From Eledone cirrhosa (lineage: Eukaryota), in contig OZ024740.1 of assembly GCA_964016885.1 (NCBI GenBank), positions 90,830,001 to 90,894,000 of the forward strand: DNA of 64,000 nt. Direction: 5' to 3'. Below the pieces are notes generated by a model. That model was not told the DNA's origin. It worked only from the letters and a program-made list of their open reading frames with translations, and did no database searches. Both the position numbers and the translations under genes were made by a program. Below are positions 25,301 through 38,739 of this stretch, piece by piece (positions within the stretch are counted from its first letter, which is position 1; every line of letters starts with the position of its first letter).

Positions 25301-27137
25301 CTGATCTTGCCATGGGATGGATAGACTACAGAAAGGCATTTGACATGGTGCCTCATTCCTGGATCACCAAAAGCCTGGAGATCTTCAGGGTGGCAGATAA
25401 CATCAGACAGTTGCTGGGCAGGAGTATGGGGTCCTGGGAGACAGAGTTGACATCAACTGGAGTATCCTTGGGAAGCGTGAAGATCAAGAGAGGTATCTTC
25501 CAGGGAGATAGCCTGTCCCCTCTGTTGTTTGTCCTTGCCCTGATGCCCTTGACCATTATGCTGCGAAAAGTGAGAGCAGGATACAAGTTGGGAAGGGGAG
25601 AGCTTACCATCAATCACCTCCTCTTCATGGACGATCTTAAGCTCTTCGGGAAAAGTGAGAAGGAGTTGGATGTGCTTGTTGACACTGTCCGTATTTTCAG
25701 CAGTGATATATGTATGCAGTTTGGTATTGGTAAATGTGGAGTCATTGTGATGAGGACGGGTAGGTTGAGCAGAAGTAACGGGATCCAGATACCAACAGGT
25801 GAGATGATAAAGGAAATTGACTCTGAGGAAGGATACAAGTATTTGGGCGTTCTGGAGGCTGATGGCATAAAGAACAAAAAAATGAAGGAATTGTTAAGAA
25901 CTGAATACATTCGGAGAGTAAGGAGCGTATTGAAGTCACATCTGAACAGCAGAAATGCCATAAGCGCAGTAAATTCCCGAGCTGTGTCTATTATTAGGTA
26001 CAGTGCGGGAATTCTGAGATGGAATGTTGCTGAACAAAAAGAAATGGATAGGAAGACTAGGAAGCTATTGACTATCTACAACATGTTCCACAAGAGGAGT
26101 GATGTCGATAGACTCTACCTAAGGAGATCTGAGGGTGGAAGAGGTCTTATCAGCATAGAGGACTGTGTTCAGATGGAGAAAAACAACCTATACAAATACG
26201 TGACCTATAGTAAGGAGCCAATGCTCAGAGCTGTACTGAAGGAGGGGACAGTAGGCCAGGGGATATCCAAGGAGGAAATAACATCAAGGAGGAAGAGCAG
26301 CCTTAAGGGAAAATCCCTTCATAGTACCTTCTTTGAGAAAACTGAATTTAGAGATCCACAGACATGGAACTGGTTGAGAAGAGGAGACCTCAAAAAGGCT
26401 ACAGAAGGAATGCTAATGGCTGCGCAGGAGCAGGCCCTCAAAACGAAGTGGTTGAAGCACCATATCTACAAGGAGGAGGCTAGCCCACTGTGCAGGATCT
26501 GTGGAGAGAGAGAGGAGACTGTGGCTCACATTGTGTCCGAGTGTAAACACCTAGCCCAGACCCACTATAAGGGCTGGAGACACGATGTGATGGGCAGGGT
26601 GATCCACTGGCACCTGTGCAAAGTAAACAATCTACCACATTCTGAGAAATGGTATGAGCATAGGCCAGAGGCGGTGATGGAGAACAGTCAGGTGAAGGTG
26701 CTGTGGGATTTTAGGATACAGACGGACAAAAAACTGGAACACAATAGACCTGACCTGGTGGTTGTGGACAAAGAAAAAAGATCGTGCCTGATTGTGGATG
26801 TGGCCTGCCCGTTCGACACGAGAGTGCAAGAGAAGGAGAGGGAGAAAATTAACCGATACCAGGACCTAAAGTGGGAGGTGAAAAGGATTTGGAACTGCCA
26901 TGAAGTCAAAGTGATCCCGATTGTCATAGGCGCACTGGGGACTATCTCCAAAGGTTTCCAGGGATGGTTAAAGAAAATCGGCCCCTTCACGCTTTTTGGA
27001 ACGCTTCAAAAGGCATGCTTGCTTGGAACGGCAAGAACCCTCCGATACGTCCTGAATATCTGAGGCTGCAGGTAGTGGCTTGATATTCAATCCAACGGAC
27101 TTTCCAGTTAACCAACATCAACGACTGAGATTCAAGG
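22311..27137 (+). mobile_element. R4/Dong-like family A copy A3, full length, intact
   Basis: ~1.36-kb leader, intact ORF, short 3' UTR, then (TAA)n(GAA)n to 27315. Confidence 0.92.
23671..27063 (+). CDS. RT-RLE protein (R4/Dong clade), 1130 aa
   Basis: N-terminal RTNWT..LN...M.CY (Myb-like, inferred), complete RT (FMDD), CCHC knuckle, PD-(D/E)xK RLE. Confidence 0.95.
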   Translation: METRTSCDRLSPNRCPLAQQQEPDCQPNTADVGGRRRRKGARTNWTKELNRTVMQCYLKSNPKERGYRRRMHNIWNEIGLFKLDEQKLAGQARVIRTNGWISELELEELSRENGLEMAGVVCQTSEPAGNEGEEVLRTEEPPEADNDLNTEINNTWNRDTATEEMNADGLGQDSVDILNLVVDELNNDSGRPMNLRFVDRKKLKETTAKVNKVIPYLEARILHQCNNILKATANTVRKLLGIKARGNNRQERAEPWWRKRLSGQIGEMRNDIGKLESLLNGTLKNIGTKNRLEIKYKTRSKKLNIIIEELKQRIVAKSAKIRRYENRVSQYKQNRMFDNNQKMLFGQIEGKERGNDLIPGAEQANTFWRGIWEQDVRHNAQAGWIETVQREIGEQAQQQTDLSITVETLKGQAKKLTNWKSPGPDGVQGYWIKHLTSLHPKLTAMLNDCLVSGEVPEWLTKGTTVLIMKDRIKGNDVTNYRPITCMPVMWKLLTSIVSDEICHHLHTNNLLPDEQKGCRKKSRGTKDQLLIDKMVMGNCRRRHTDLAMGWIDYRKAFDMVPHSWITKSLEIFRVADNIRQLLGRSMGSWETELTSTGVSLGSVKIKRGIFQGDSLSPLLFVLALMPLTIMLRKVRAGYKLGRGELTINHLLFMDDLKLFGKSEKELDVLVDTVRIFSSDICMQFGIGKCGVIVMRTGRLSRSNGIQIPTGEMIKEIDSEEGYKYLGVLEADGIKNKKMKELLRTEYIRRVRSVLKSHLNSRNAISAVNSRAVSIIRYSAGILRWNVAEQKEMDRKTRKLLTIYNMFHKRSDVDRLYLRRSEGGRGLISIEDCVQMEKNNLYKYVTYSKEPMLRAVLKEGTVGQGISKEEITSRRKSSLKGKSLHSTFFEKTEFRDPQTWNWLRRGDLKKATEGMLMAAQEQALKTKWLKHHIYKEEASPLCRICGEREETVAHIVSECKHLAQTHYKGWRHDVMGRVIHWHLCKVNNLPHSEKWYEHRPEAVMENSQVKVLWDFRIQTDKKLEHNRPDLVVVDKEKRSCLIVDVACPFDTRVQEKEREKINRYQDLKWEVKRIWNCHEVKVIPIVIGALGTISKGFQGWLKKIGPFTLFGTLQKACLLGTARTLRYVLNI

Positions 27138-27149
27138 AATAACAATAAC

Positions 27150-27287
<138 letters not shown>

Positions 27288-27591
27288 AAGAAGAAGAAGA
27301 AGAAGAAGAAGAAGACGAATTAAAATGGAAGAATATTTTAAAGTTAAACACACTGTGGCTATAAAATGGGAAAATAAATCTAGAAAACAAGCCCATAAGA
27401 AAACCTCAAATTCGGGTAAGAAATGAGAAATTATGATGCAGTAAACAATCTTTCAACCAGAGATCACTGGATCTCCAAAACACACATATATAAACAGATT
27501 TAATATTAAATAACCGAAGAAGATAAAACCCCTAACAAATCCCACAAAACAACTACAAGAAGAAAAATGAAAAACACTACTCTTAACACAT

Positions 27592-27960
<369 letters not shown>

Positions 27961-27968
27961 TATATATG

Positions 27969-27999
<31 letters not shown>

Positions 28000-28085
28000 G
28001 TGTGTGTGTGTGTGTATGTGTGTGTGTGTGTGTGTGTATCTCTGTGTTTGTGTGTGTGTGAGTGTGTGTGTGTATGTGTGTGTGT

Positions 28086-28775
28086 GTGTCTAAAATTACG
28101 AGGGTTGGAATACCACATTGGTTCGACAAATTTAACCTGTCCGTTTGCTTCACGTTAAATTTGTCAAACCAATGTTATATTTCAACCCTCGTAATTTTAG
28201 ACACACTATTCACTGTGTTTATTACTACATATGTTATTATATGATTCTCAGTATGTATATGTTGTGCTTTTAAATTACAGGGTATCAATATGAGTTAGTA
28301 ACTCGGAATTTTATTTGTATTTCGGCTCCCTAACTTGGTGAGCTTATAAGTTGGGTGTATTAAGGTTATTGCTTTTAGCATATCCACTCACACCACTTTT
28401 GACGTCCAGCGCACGAGGTGATATATTCACTCGTGTGCCTTTTATTTGTACATGTTTGTCGCATTTGATCTAATCTCTCGCTGATGAATGTCTACGGATT
28501 ATCTGTTACTAACACAATTTTCAGGGCGAAACAGATTAAATTTCTAATCTGTCCGAGAGATGAAATAGTTATTTAGACGGTCAGTATATTTATTCTACAT
28601 TTTACGTTTGTTTCAGGTTAAATTTGTCAAACCAATGTGGTATTTCAAACCTCGTAATTTTAGACAGAATTTACTGTGTTTATTACTACATATATTATTA
28701 TATACCGCTCAGTATTTATACTTTGAGTTTGTTAATTACAGGGTATCAATATGAGTTAGTAACTCGGAATTTTAT
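28086..28775 (+). mobile_element. Non-autonomous PLE/retrozyme-like repeat (~463-bp unit, ~1.35 copies, 5' inversion)
   Basis: 28154-28313 recurs at 28617-28775. 28086-28130 is an inverted copy of ~28154-28204. A hammerhead lies within the unit. Confidence 0.7.
28473..28561 (+). ncRNA. Type I hammerhead ribozyme motif (GUC site)
   Basis: ATCTCTCG-CTGATGA-[weak stem II]-GAAAC-AGATTA/TAATCT-GTC-CGAGAGAT. Stems I and III pair perfectly. Confidence 0.8.
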
Positions 28776-29646
28776 GTGTGTATATATATTTATATATATA
28801 TATACATTTATGTATACGCAAGATATTGCCTTGTATGTGTTGTATATATATATATGGGGGGGGGGGGTATGTGTGTACTTTAGCTGCACACTGGTCGGCA
28901 AAACCACACTCGGGACTATGATGAACAACGGGGTAATTATCGTCTATTGTTTCTCCAAATTTATAAATAGCTCTGATTAATTTATTATTTATTTAGTTAA
29001 TCTATCGAGGCAATGGCGGAAAATAAGGTAATTATTTTCTATATGTTCTGATAATTATATATATATATATATAACTCAAAATAGTACTTTACATATATTT
29101 ATGTGCGTGCAGTTTTTGTGTGTTTACGTGCTTGTATTTGCATAGCCATGGCGAGCGTTTTCGCGTATGCTTGTGTATGTACGTATATGGATGCGTACTT
29201 CTGTATTTTATCTACTTTATTCTTAACTGTGAAGCCGAGAATCATTCGCTTTCCTAAATAGAATTTTAGTTTACAACTTCAGTAATACCATTTACGTGGT
29301 TTTGTGTTTGCGTGTAATTGTTCTCAACATTCCACATATGACGTATTGTCTTTTTTTTTTTTCGGTCATTGCCAGAGAACGTCTCCATGAACCACCTAAT
29401 AGAATATTAGTCTACGACTATTTTTATACCGTAAACGTGGTTCACCGCGCCAAATAATGACGTTAATTTCCGTTCTTTTCCAGGGAACGTTCCCACGAAC
29501 CAAAGTATCGTCTTCCTGTCTGCCTTCGGTTGCAAGGTTTTGGGAAATATTTACTTCTGCGATCACAGGTTGACTTTTTTAGTTTGAGAAGGTCCCGTTA
29601 AGGGTGAAAGCCGCGATTCTTTGCTTAAACTTTAATCTGTTATTTT

Positions 29647-29694
<48 letters not shown>

Positions 29695-29697
<3 letters not shown>

Positions 29698-29790
29698 TTT
29701 CCTGCTCAAGGACATAACGCATCATTCGGTGCGGGAATCGACACACAACCTCACTATTGCCAGTCCAATTATCTAACAATGGGATGTAAG
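29695..29790 (-). mobile_element. Degenerate tRNA-related SINE fragment
   Basis: GCTCAAGGACATAACGC...GGGAATCGA (reverse B-box-like). Similar to ~35380-35470. Confidence 0.5.
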
Positions 29791-31249
29791 ATCACACTTA
29801 AAATGCCGAATATTTACTGAGAAGTTAAAACGTACTGGGTAGAGCATGTGGTTGAAGGGGGGAGGAAATAATTATTGACGTTGCTTTTCAAAATTTTTAA
29901 ATTCTATTTTCCAGGAATGCCAAGACACAGAAGAGAATTCCTGAGGCAAGTTGAACAACGGAAGACGCAGGATGAATAGAATGTACAGAATTGCAAATGT
30001 AAAAAGTTGTGTCAAAGCCGTAAATCCGCTTTATATCATTCAGTACAAGAACATGTAATCCAAATTATATTTTGTTAATGCTTTACTATTGAATCGAAAT
30101 CCGAGAATGAAAATGTCAATTGTACTCTTAATGCAATCCTTTTTACTATTGTATTGTTTACGGATCGAAATATTCTCTGCTGCAAAAGAGATGTTAATAA
30201 ATTATTATGGATACATATTGGTGTTAAATTCAGCATAGCTTTCTTTGTTACTCGTTATATATTAAAGATAAAAAACATAACAATAGTTAATTTGCTGCCA
30301 CTTATTTATTGATCTGTCCGGAATAATTGGTGAATACAAAATATATATCTTGCATTTAAATTAAAACCCCATATATATATGTTTTCTAAAATACAAAGTC
30401 CGAAAATGAAATAATAATAATAATATAATGTACTTTTTTTTTCAATTAATCTCCAAATTGACAGCACCGTATCTAACAATGTTTTTAGGTGGCGCCATAT
30501 GAATTAATTGCCTGGATATTGAACATTTAGAATGATAATATTGTGGGTATTGTGGGTATAATGTAAACATGATAATGATACGTTATAAATACTAATGGAA
30601 TTATCAATAATTACAACAATTGTGTATGAAGGTTTCTGATGTGTAAAACAACATTAAAAATGTAATCAAAAATGCATATAGAACTCTAAATATATAGTTT
30701 TAATTCGTTTCATTTTAATGTCATTGTACTCTCATTCATTTTAAATTGCCGATAAACTAGTGAGAGCGAGGCAACAATCAATTTAATTTTCGGGGTCGCT
30801 GAGACATAAGTAAGCAGTTAATTTAAATATTAATTATATGAAAGAGGAAATTTACGATACTAATTAAGGTAATGTAGAAATAGGTAAATGTGACATATGT
30901 AGACGCAAACGAAATTATATAACCTTTTTTTAAATCATTTTATATTTATGCAAGTCAATTCATATAGAAGATCGGAATACATGAGCATATATATTCTTGG
31001 CAATGAAAATACATGTGATAATACAAGAGAAAGAATGAATAACGAAATAGAAAAGGACAAAAGGAATAGCGAAAGAAAGGGAACGCTTTGCTCTACATCA
31101 CCATCTTGGTGGTATATCGCTGATGTTCCCTTCAGATAAAAATGACATAGCCATTACCTCGATGAAAAAAAGCAACAACTACTGTGTTAATCACACTAAC
31201 TCATGGGGTGATTTCATAACGTGGGTTGAATTCCTCCAAATTTTGCGTA

Positions 31250-33130
31250 GGAAAATTGCAGTTGAGAAAGCTTGATCAACCAAGGCCACGACAGGGGCAA
31301 AACGGATTTAGGTATTTCAGGCAACAATATTTGGCTGACTTCCGTTCTTCTACGTTATGTTCGGCAGCACTTTAGCATATTCATCGAAACGAGAATGTTG
31401 GAAGCGGTTTCAATTGACGCAGCACTTTCAATTTACATTAGAACGTTACCTTCTTCACACAGGAAGAGAGTAATCATTTCTGGGCTCTTACCATCACGAC
31501 TGAGACCGGCAGGAACCAGGTATAACGTGAAACTGACTCCATCGTGGTTTATCATTTGACACCGTTCAACAGTGGCTGCCGAAAGAACAGACATACACTG
31601 CGATGACAGGGTAGCAGTAGTAGTCCTCATTCATCGTTATTAGTTCCTCACCCGCCTTTGTGAGGCACTACAAGCGCAGGCAGGGAAATTGAGAGAAATC
31701 TATGATGTTTTACTCATAAAAAAAGAAGAGCACTGTTTTATGCGGGAGGTGCCGAAACGTGTTACATACCTCTGATTGACTGTGAGGCATAATAAAGGTA
31801 GATTAGGTGATGTTGGCTCTAGCAAGACTCAAGGAATACGGAGATTGGCATGCACCTGATATCGCTCATGGCGTTGAAAACCTGCAGTGGGGTCGCTAAA
31901 GATCGTGTCAACCAAAATAGTCAGAGCTGACTGGATCTACGGCATCACATCAGGTTTTTATACGATGTGTAGTTGCGTTGTTTTCGTTAAAACAATCCAT
32001 TTGAGCGTGACAAGTGTGCAACTACAGAGAGAGAAAATGGAATAGTGAAGTATTTCCTCATGAGGAAGTAAAGTATTTCATGACGCTTGAGTTGAGTGGA
32101 ACTCCAAGGTGCGACATGACCTGGATGAAATACTACAATGCATCATCGACGGATTAAACTGAGCCAACTATGTTTGTTTCGACCAGATATCACACATTGA
32201 CGTTCAAGCAGATTGTGATTACAATGTGCGAGTTACATTCCTGGACTGCTGTGGTGGGTTTGATATTGTTGCCCCCATAAAGGTTTGTGCTGTTTGTCTC
32301 TTAATAGATATTTGCCAGAGAGAACCCTATTTAGATGCGTTTCAAAGCTTTAGGTTTTCCAGGAAGTGATGTGAAGATAGGAACATATGCACAATATAAA
32401 AGCAGGTCCCATGGGTATTAGCCCTGAACCGGCACAACCATTTCACCGAACGCGATTTGATGCAGTTCCTCATAAAGTTAGTGCGTGGCTAGGCTAAGAT
32501 GCTGGCTACCTAAGTAGCAAATCGGTTAGCTCCATCTTTCACATTAAACGCAATGACACTGGCTACAAAGAATATATATCTGCTATGAGATTATTTATCA
32601 AAACAAAAATCAACTGATGTAGATATATTTCAACGTCAGTGGAGTATGGTAAAATAAGTTATCTAATTGACCGTGTTAGAGATCATCGAATGTAATTATA
32701 ATTATAATAGAAGCAGCTATCACCTTCGCACCAGAAGCATTCAATTTGATACCACGGGCTTGAGTTTGGTAATAAACTATAATAACAGGCGGTCTAAAGG
32801 CTTGATTCTTAGATCTATCAATACACCCACAGCAACAAAAATAACATTCACGGACATGTATGTTTGTGTGCGATATCGGTGTCAGAGGGAAGCTTGTGAG
32901 AATGGAGAGACTATTTTCATAGAGAGGGTAGAAGTGATGTATCTGAGCCTCGGAATAAATGAGAGGACCAAGCCATCTCAGGCCATCTGAATCTGGATTG
33001 TGACATTCAAAATATTCTCTGACTTCTTTCTTTCAGATTCTTGACAAAGCTCGCACTTGAGCTGCACGTATACCGGATGCTTTCGGGCCCTGATGAACAC
33101 GCATTTTAACTGCCAAATGAGGGAGGTTAC
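31250..33130 (+). pseudogene. Possible heavily decayed non-LTR (R2/NeSL-like) relic
   Basis: Higher GC than the flanks, an FDAVPH-like RT motif near 32455 and a GG motif near 33120. No long ORF. Confidence 0.25.
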
Positions 33131-33696
33131 TATGAAAATCTCAATTAGTTCGGATGGTAGAGGTTAATGATATTTCGAGTCACTGAATCATTTTCGTAAT
33201 TGTTTCTGCATCTCCACTAGAGAGAGAGGCATAAAACGGAGACTAATTTAATGGTATGCATAGAACGCAATTTTTAGCCAGCACGTAATTTTATCGTTGC
33301 TAACTCTATCGAATTTATCTAACTGTATTAAACCAAGAAGCGACTTTTTATCCCAAATAGTCTTATAAATATACGTCATGTCTTTATGTCTCGAGCACTA
33401 CAATGATGTGAGGTCTTCTGTTCATCGAACAGTAATAACTGCATGACGATGCAATATACAATATTTGTCACTAGTTGACATTATTATCGAAACTTTTGAT
33501 GTTGTTGGTTATGATGTCGTCGTCGTCCTTGTTGCTATTGTCGTTGTTGTTGTTGTTGTTTTGTTGTTCTCGTTGTTGTTGTTGTTGATTTTGTTGTTTT
33601 TGTTGTTGTTGTTGTTGTTCTTCTTCTTCTTCTTCTTCTTCTTCTTCTTCTTCTTCTTCTTCTTCTTCTTCTTCTTCTTCTTCTTCTTCTTCTTCT

Positions 33697-34123
<427 letters not shown>

Positions 34124-34125
34124 TA

Positions 34126-34162
<37 letters not shown>

Positions 34163-34204
34163 GTTATAGGAATAACCAAAGAGTGCTTAGAAATATATTG
34201 TTCT

Positions 34205-34257
34205 ATTAGCTAACAGTGTTTCATCCATACCACATGGCAGGATTCATCAGAGCCTAT
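34205..34257 (-). ncRNA. Minimal type I hammerhead motif (GUU site)
   Basis: On -: GGCT-CTGATGA-ATCC..GGAT-GAAAC-ACT-GTT-AGCT. Confidence 0.65.
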
Positions 34258-34433
34258 AAACAAGAGTATGTCAATAGTTGCATGCTCCATCGACCTGCGT
34301 CGCCAGAACAAGGTTAAAGGACCAGCACGGGGTCCCCAGGCCAGCGTTATACGGAAAAAGACAGAATACATGATGCACATAATGTCATAAAAGGTATTAA
34401 AAAATTACATTAACAATAAAATAATAAAAATTA

Positions 34434-34495
<62 letters not shown>

Positions 34496-35269
34496 ATATT
34501 ATTTATAGTTATGTATATAGCAAAAACAACCATAAACAGGAAGGTCAGTAATATCTTAATTACCTCGTTACCAGTAAGTGAAATAGCTCAATGTATGAAC
34601 ATCAGCTGTTTTACAGACCAGTTAAATAAATAAATTATACAATTAGAGGTAATCGTACGATTATAGCACGTAAATATATCGCTTGCGTTTTCGTATACAT
34701 TCACATATGCAAATACATATGTGTGTTTTATTTTCTGGTGGTAAATGCATGATTCCTATTTATTTATTTTTTTTATTTATAATTTCATTTGTTTTGGTTT
34801 GCTTCACTTCATGAGAATATAGTTGCGTTATAATTTATTGACAATCTATCAGTGAGTTTAAGACTCAAAGTGAATATCTATGTAAATAGACAACACCGGT
34901 TTATAAATGGTTACATTGGTGTATGGGGATTCCATACATTTGTCACTAAATCAAAATCACACAAGCAGAAATATTTTAGTTTAAGAGTTGAAACGAAAAA
35001 CATCGAGATACGATGTTTTTGAAAGAAATGAACACAATACCGTTGGTCAGAGACTTTCGAAGAAAAATAAACACTCAGAAAGCAATATTTTACGAATGAT
35101 ACCCAATCTCATTCATTCCATCTTCCCTCATTCTCCTAATATAGTCAATGATGTTTACGCTCACAATACATCAACTAATCAATATGCGCAAAAACAATCT
35201 CACGGCTCATCAATAGTGTCGTTATCCATGTGCGTGCGTGTGACAGCTCACACCTATGCAGGTTAGCTG

Positions 35270-35475
35270 GCCTACTCCGAGGTATATCTCGTTGGGGGTG
35301 TCTTGAGTAATTTAATGATAGGGACCCCAGTCCTATCATCTCATTTCTAAAGCTGAGAAAACTGGAGAAAAGTGAAATAAAGTGTCTTGCGTAAGGAAAC
35401 AACATATCACCAGGTCCGAGAATGCAACTCACGACCTTTCGATTGCAAGCCCAATATTCTAACCACTAATCATGT
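35270..35475. mobile_element. Degenerate SINE fragment
   Basis: AAGTGTCTTGCGTAAGGAAACAAC...CTCACGACC...CTAACCACTA, a recalled mollusc SINE-type segment. Related to 29695-29790. Confidence 0.5.
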
Positions 35476-35609
35476 TCATTCATGCCTACCCATGAGCATT
35501 TAATACACAATACCTTTTTTTGTTATAGAATTGGCGTCTGCAGGAATAGAATAGTTTCATTCTTAAGAAATCATCAGGCAAGTCCTGATATATATATATA
35601 TATATATAT

Positions 35610-37663
35610 AGAAGTGGTTACACAACACTTAGTTCACCATACCGAGAACAATTGTTTCACCATAGCGGATCCTCAGCTCGTAATGGACATGTTTATACGG
35701 AACAGGAAGGATAACCGTATGAACGCGCATGCGTAGAAACCGTCACTTCACACACGCAATACAAAAAAGCGTGCGAGAGGTGTAAGGGAGATAACTGGGA
35801 AAGTCCAAGAAGTTTCTAGTTGATTAGAAAATTAGGAAGGTGTGATTCAATTTGGAGATTTGTAGTTATGTAAGAGGTGTTTCAAGACGTTCGGACAACG
35901 TGTGATGAATTCATATCTCGTGTTTAGGCATACCCTTTTGCATAATCGCTTTAGAATATTTATTCGTTCATCAATATATAGTCCACACGGCGGATTTCCC
36001 CTTGTGTATGGCTTGGACTAAGTGATGGCTTTCCATTGAATGGAGTAGTCTATAATTGAGTCCTTGAGCGAGCATACGGGGATCGCGAGTTTCGTGGATG
36101 AACGTCTGTCCGGGTACATAAAGGTCGACTGTTGGTTCAGGAAGCGTTCCTTAAACCGGCCCTCCGCCATACCCACATATGATTTGACCTCTCTGGTTGA
36201 TTTAGTCGATTGGAAGTGAACATAGCTTCATAAATTACAGCGGGTATGTTGCATTGCTGTTGAAGAGGACAGGCTTCGGACTTACGCAAGAGCACACTGG
36301 TGGGGTGTTGCTCTTAAGGCTGTTGGTGATGTGGGCCTTCATGTACTTAGCGCAGGAGTATCCTAGTTTTAGTTTATGTGATGGAGCGGGATTTATGACC
36401 TATGTGAATGTGTCTATCTAAGAGGGCTAGAAATATTTTGCCTATATTGGGTATAACGTTGAGTGAGAAGGGAGGAGTGAAGCAGATAGGTTGTCTATTG
36501 TTACGATTTCTTTTCTTATAGCTGTTGCTGATAGTGGGAGTGTAAGTGATAAGTTGCGAGAGCCGCTCGTAGCTAACGCTGTGTTATAGTAGGGTGCCGC
36601 CCTGTCAAAGATACCTTATTAGAGGAGAGGTTTGAGATTGTAGTACTGATATTATATACGAAGTTTCTAAAAACAGTAGGAGGGTGGTAGGAGTCCTTGT
36701 GAATGTAATTGAGTTTTTCGTTTAGCTTATGGAACGGTGTGTAGGTGTGTGTACGAAGGTCTAAATTAATGTCTAAAAATCTACGCTAGAGAGGTAGGTC
36801 GCTATTGTTAGCTTAAGTCCTAGCTCATTGAAGGTAGAAGCTAAATCTTTTTAAAACCGGTCGAGGTCGTGACCACTTTTATGGCTCGATAAGTTCAGTC
36901 TGTCATCGCGGTATATTCCCGTGTGGAATTCGGGGAATCTAACACGTAATATATCTAAAATAAATAGGCCAACCAAGTCGGATACGTCAGCAAAGTCAGA
37001 CGATCCCATGGAGACGTCGAATGGGTCTGAAGTTGTTAACTTCTTTGCCCAGCTACTCCGTCGTTGAAGAGGGGGATTTTCCGGCAGTGAGCGATGATTT
37101 CCCTGTCTAAACCATCGACGGTAGTGTAAGTTGTAGCGAAGTCCAACGCTTTGTTTAAAAGGGTCTCTGAGATCGACGCGTAACAATCAACAATGTCGAA
37201 TTGTGGGGACTTCGTTTTTTTTTATTTGAAGGAGTTGAACCACTTAATTACGTCCAACCTGTCACACTGGGACAGGTTGGACTTGATCCTAATGGTCTTA
37301 GCTATGTTTCTAAATATGGCCTTACTGACTAGTCCCATATCTGTGCGTGCCGGGTTTATTAGTCTACATGTGGGGTGGGAAGTAAAGTCTATCTTTGTCA
37401 TCTTTTAGAGTGAGGAACGTATCCAGCTTAGCTAGAGATTGTAGCTTTTTAAAGGCGGCGGCAAGTTCTTTGGCTCCTGTATTAATGTCGTGGTAGGCCA
37501 TAAGGTTAGCCTTCTTATATTTGGAAGTAATAGCGTTATGGGCCAGGTGGCGGAAAGTGGTGTTGTCGAATTCGTAAATATAATTAGTTTTGTCGGAAAG
37601 AACGAAAGTGTTATTAGAAAACGTAAATTTCTGACTACGGATATTACCCTCCAGTGCTCTACC

Positions 37664-37667
<4 letters not shown>
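35610..37667 (-). mobile_element. Decayed Hydra-type Penelope-like element
   Basis: FDVSMGSSD..DLVGLF..GIYRDD (ORF 36851-37186), GIY-YIG remnant YVGMAEGRFKERF near 36150-36180, and a 3' hammerhead. Flanked by (TA)n. Confidence 0.85.
35643..35680 (-). ncRNA. Minimal type I hammerhead motif in the PLE 3' end (GUU site)
   Basis: On -: CGAG-CTGAGGA-TCCGCTATGGT-GAAAC-AATT-GTT-CTCG. Confidence 0.7.
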
Positions 37668-37726
<59 letters not shown>

Positions 37727-38367
37727 AATTGAAAGAATAGGAAAATAATCATAACGTTTCGGAAACTATTCCTATAGCAGAAGATAGTTTGGTGAAAGAT
37801 GTGTTGACACCAATTTAGCGGAGAAGTATTTTAGAGGGTTGTAATGTCGCCACGAGGAACCAGGTTTGGTAGAAAGATGTGATAGGAATATCGTCAACGA
37901 CTTTAGCTTGGTGTTACATTATTTATTAACAGAGGTTGAGCTCGCATGCCAAGAGAAATGAAACAAATCAATTAAGATTACAAGAGAAAATACGGTCGAC
38001 TGGCTGAACGCGTTTGGCCAGGCTCGTAGGTAATGTTTTGTGTCGTTACATATTGTTTGTGCTGGCGGAGCAAAAGAACAAGTGGTGTTTACATTAGCAC
38101 GGTCTAGGTGGAAGTGATTGCGTCCTCAAATCTGTGCGGGCTATTTCACCCTCAGAACGCGTAGGGATACATCCTCGTCTACTGGCGCTGATTGGATGAG
38201 CTGAGCCAAATCAAGCACAGAGAATGTATGTGAGCCCGCGGAATGTAGGTCACTACAATAGAATTAGCAATAAATGATGAAATAGAAAAGGAATCAGTGA
38301 GTCGGGGAAGGAATGGAAAAAAATATGACAAAGAAATATTGTGCGTATTTACTCAAACATATATAAT

Positions 38368-38418
38368 ATTTTACTCTTTTACCTGTTCCAGCCATCCGAC
38401 TGAGGCCATGCTGGGGCA

Positions 38419-38420
<2 letters not shown>
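38368..38420. mobile_element. Short SINE-end fragment
   Basis: TTTACTCTTTTACCTGTTCCAGCCAT..GGCCATGCTGGGGCACC resembles a common octopus repeat end (recalled, not searched). Confidence 0.45.
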
Positions 38421-38496
<76 letters not shown>

Positions 38497-38602
38497 AAAT
38501 TGACTCTAAAATAGGGTATTCAGACGCGAGTGTATTAATATTCTCAGGAAAATGGGAAAACTCGGTGTATGGAAGCGAAGCTGTTAGAACAGCTAAATGG
38601 CT

Positions 38603-38739
38603 TTGAAGCAGTGCTGGGTGGAATATTACTTCGAAGCTCAGAGAACAGCGGCTAGATGTGAGTTGACTTGATTCAACTCACATCTAGCCGCCGATCTCTC
38701 GCCTTCGAGGTGATAATGTTTTACCCAACGCCGCTTCGA
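38603..38739. repeat. Hairpin with a perfect 19-bp core
   Basis: GCGGCTAGATGTGAGTTGA (38648-38666) pairs with 38673-38691 around a 6-nt loop, with an imperfect outward extension. Confidence 0.85.

Noticed and set aside
33089-33110. CTGATGA as a hammerhead core (likewise ~39188, ~39608 and ~40430)
   Set aside because: No properly placed GAAA with supporting stems.
37748-37790. Minus-strand GGAA/TTCC-GAAACGTT hammerhead-like half
   Set aside because: The CUGANGA core and stem I are missing.
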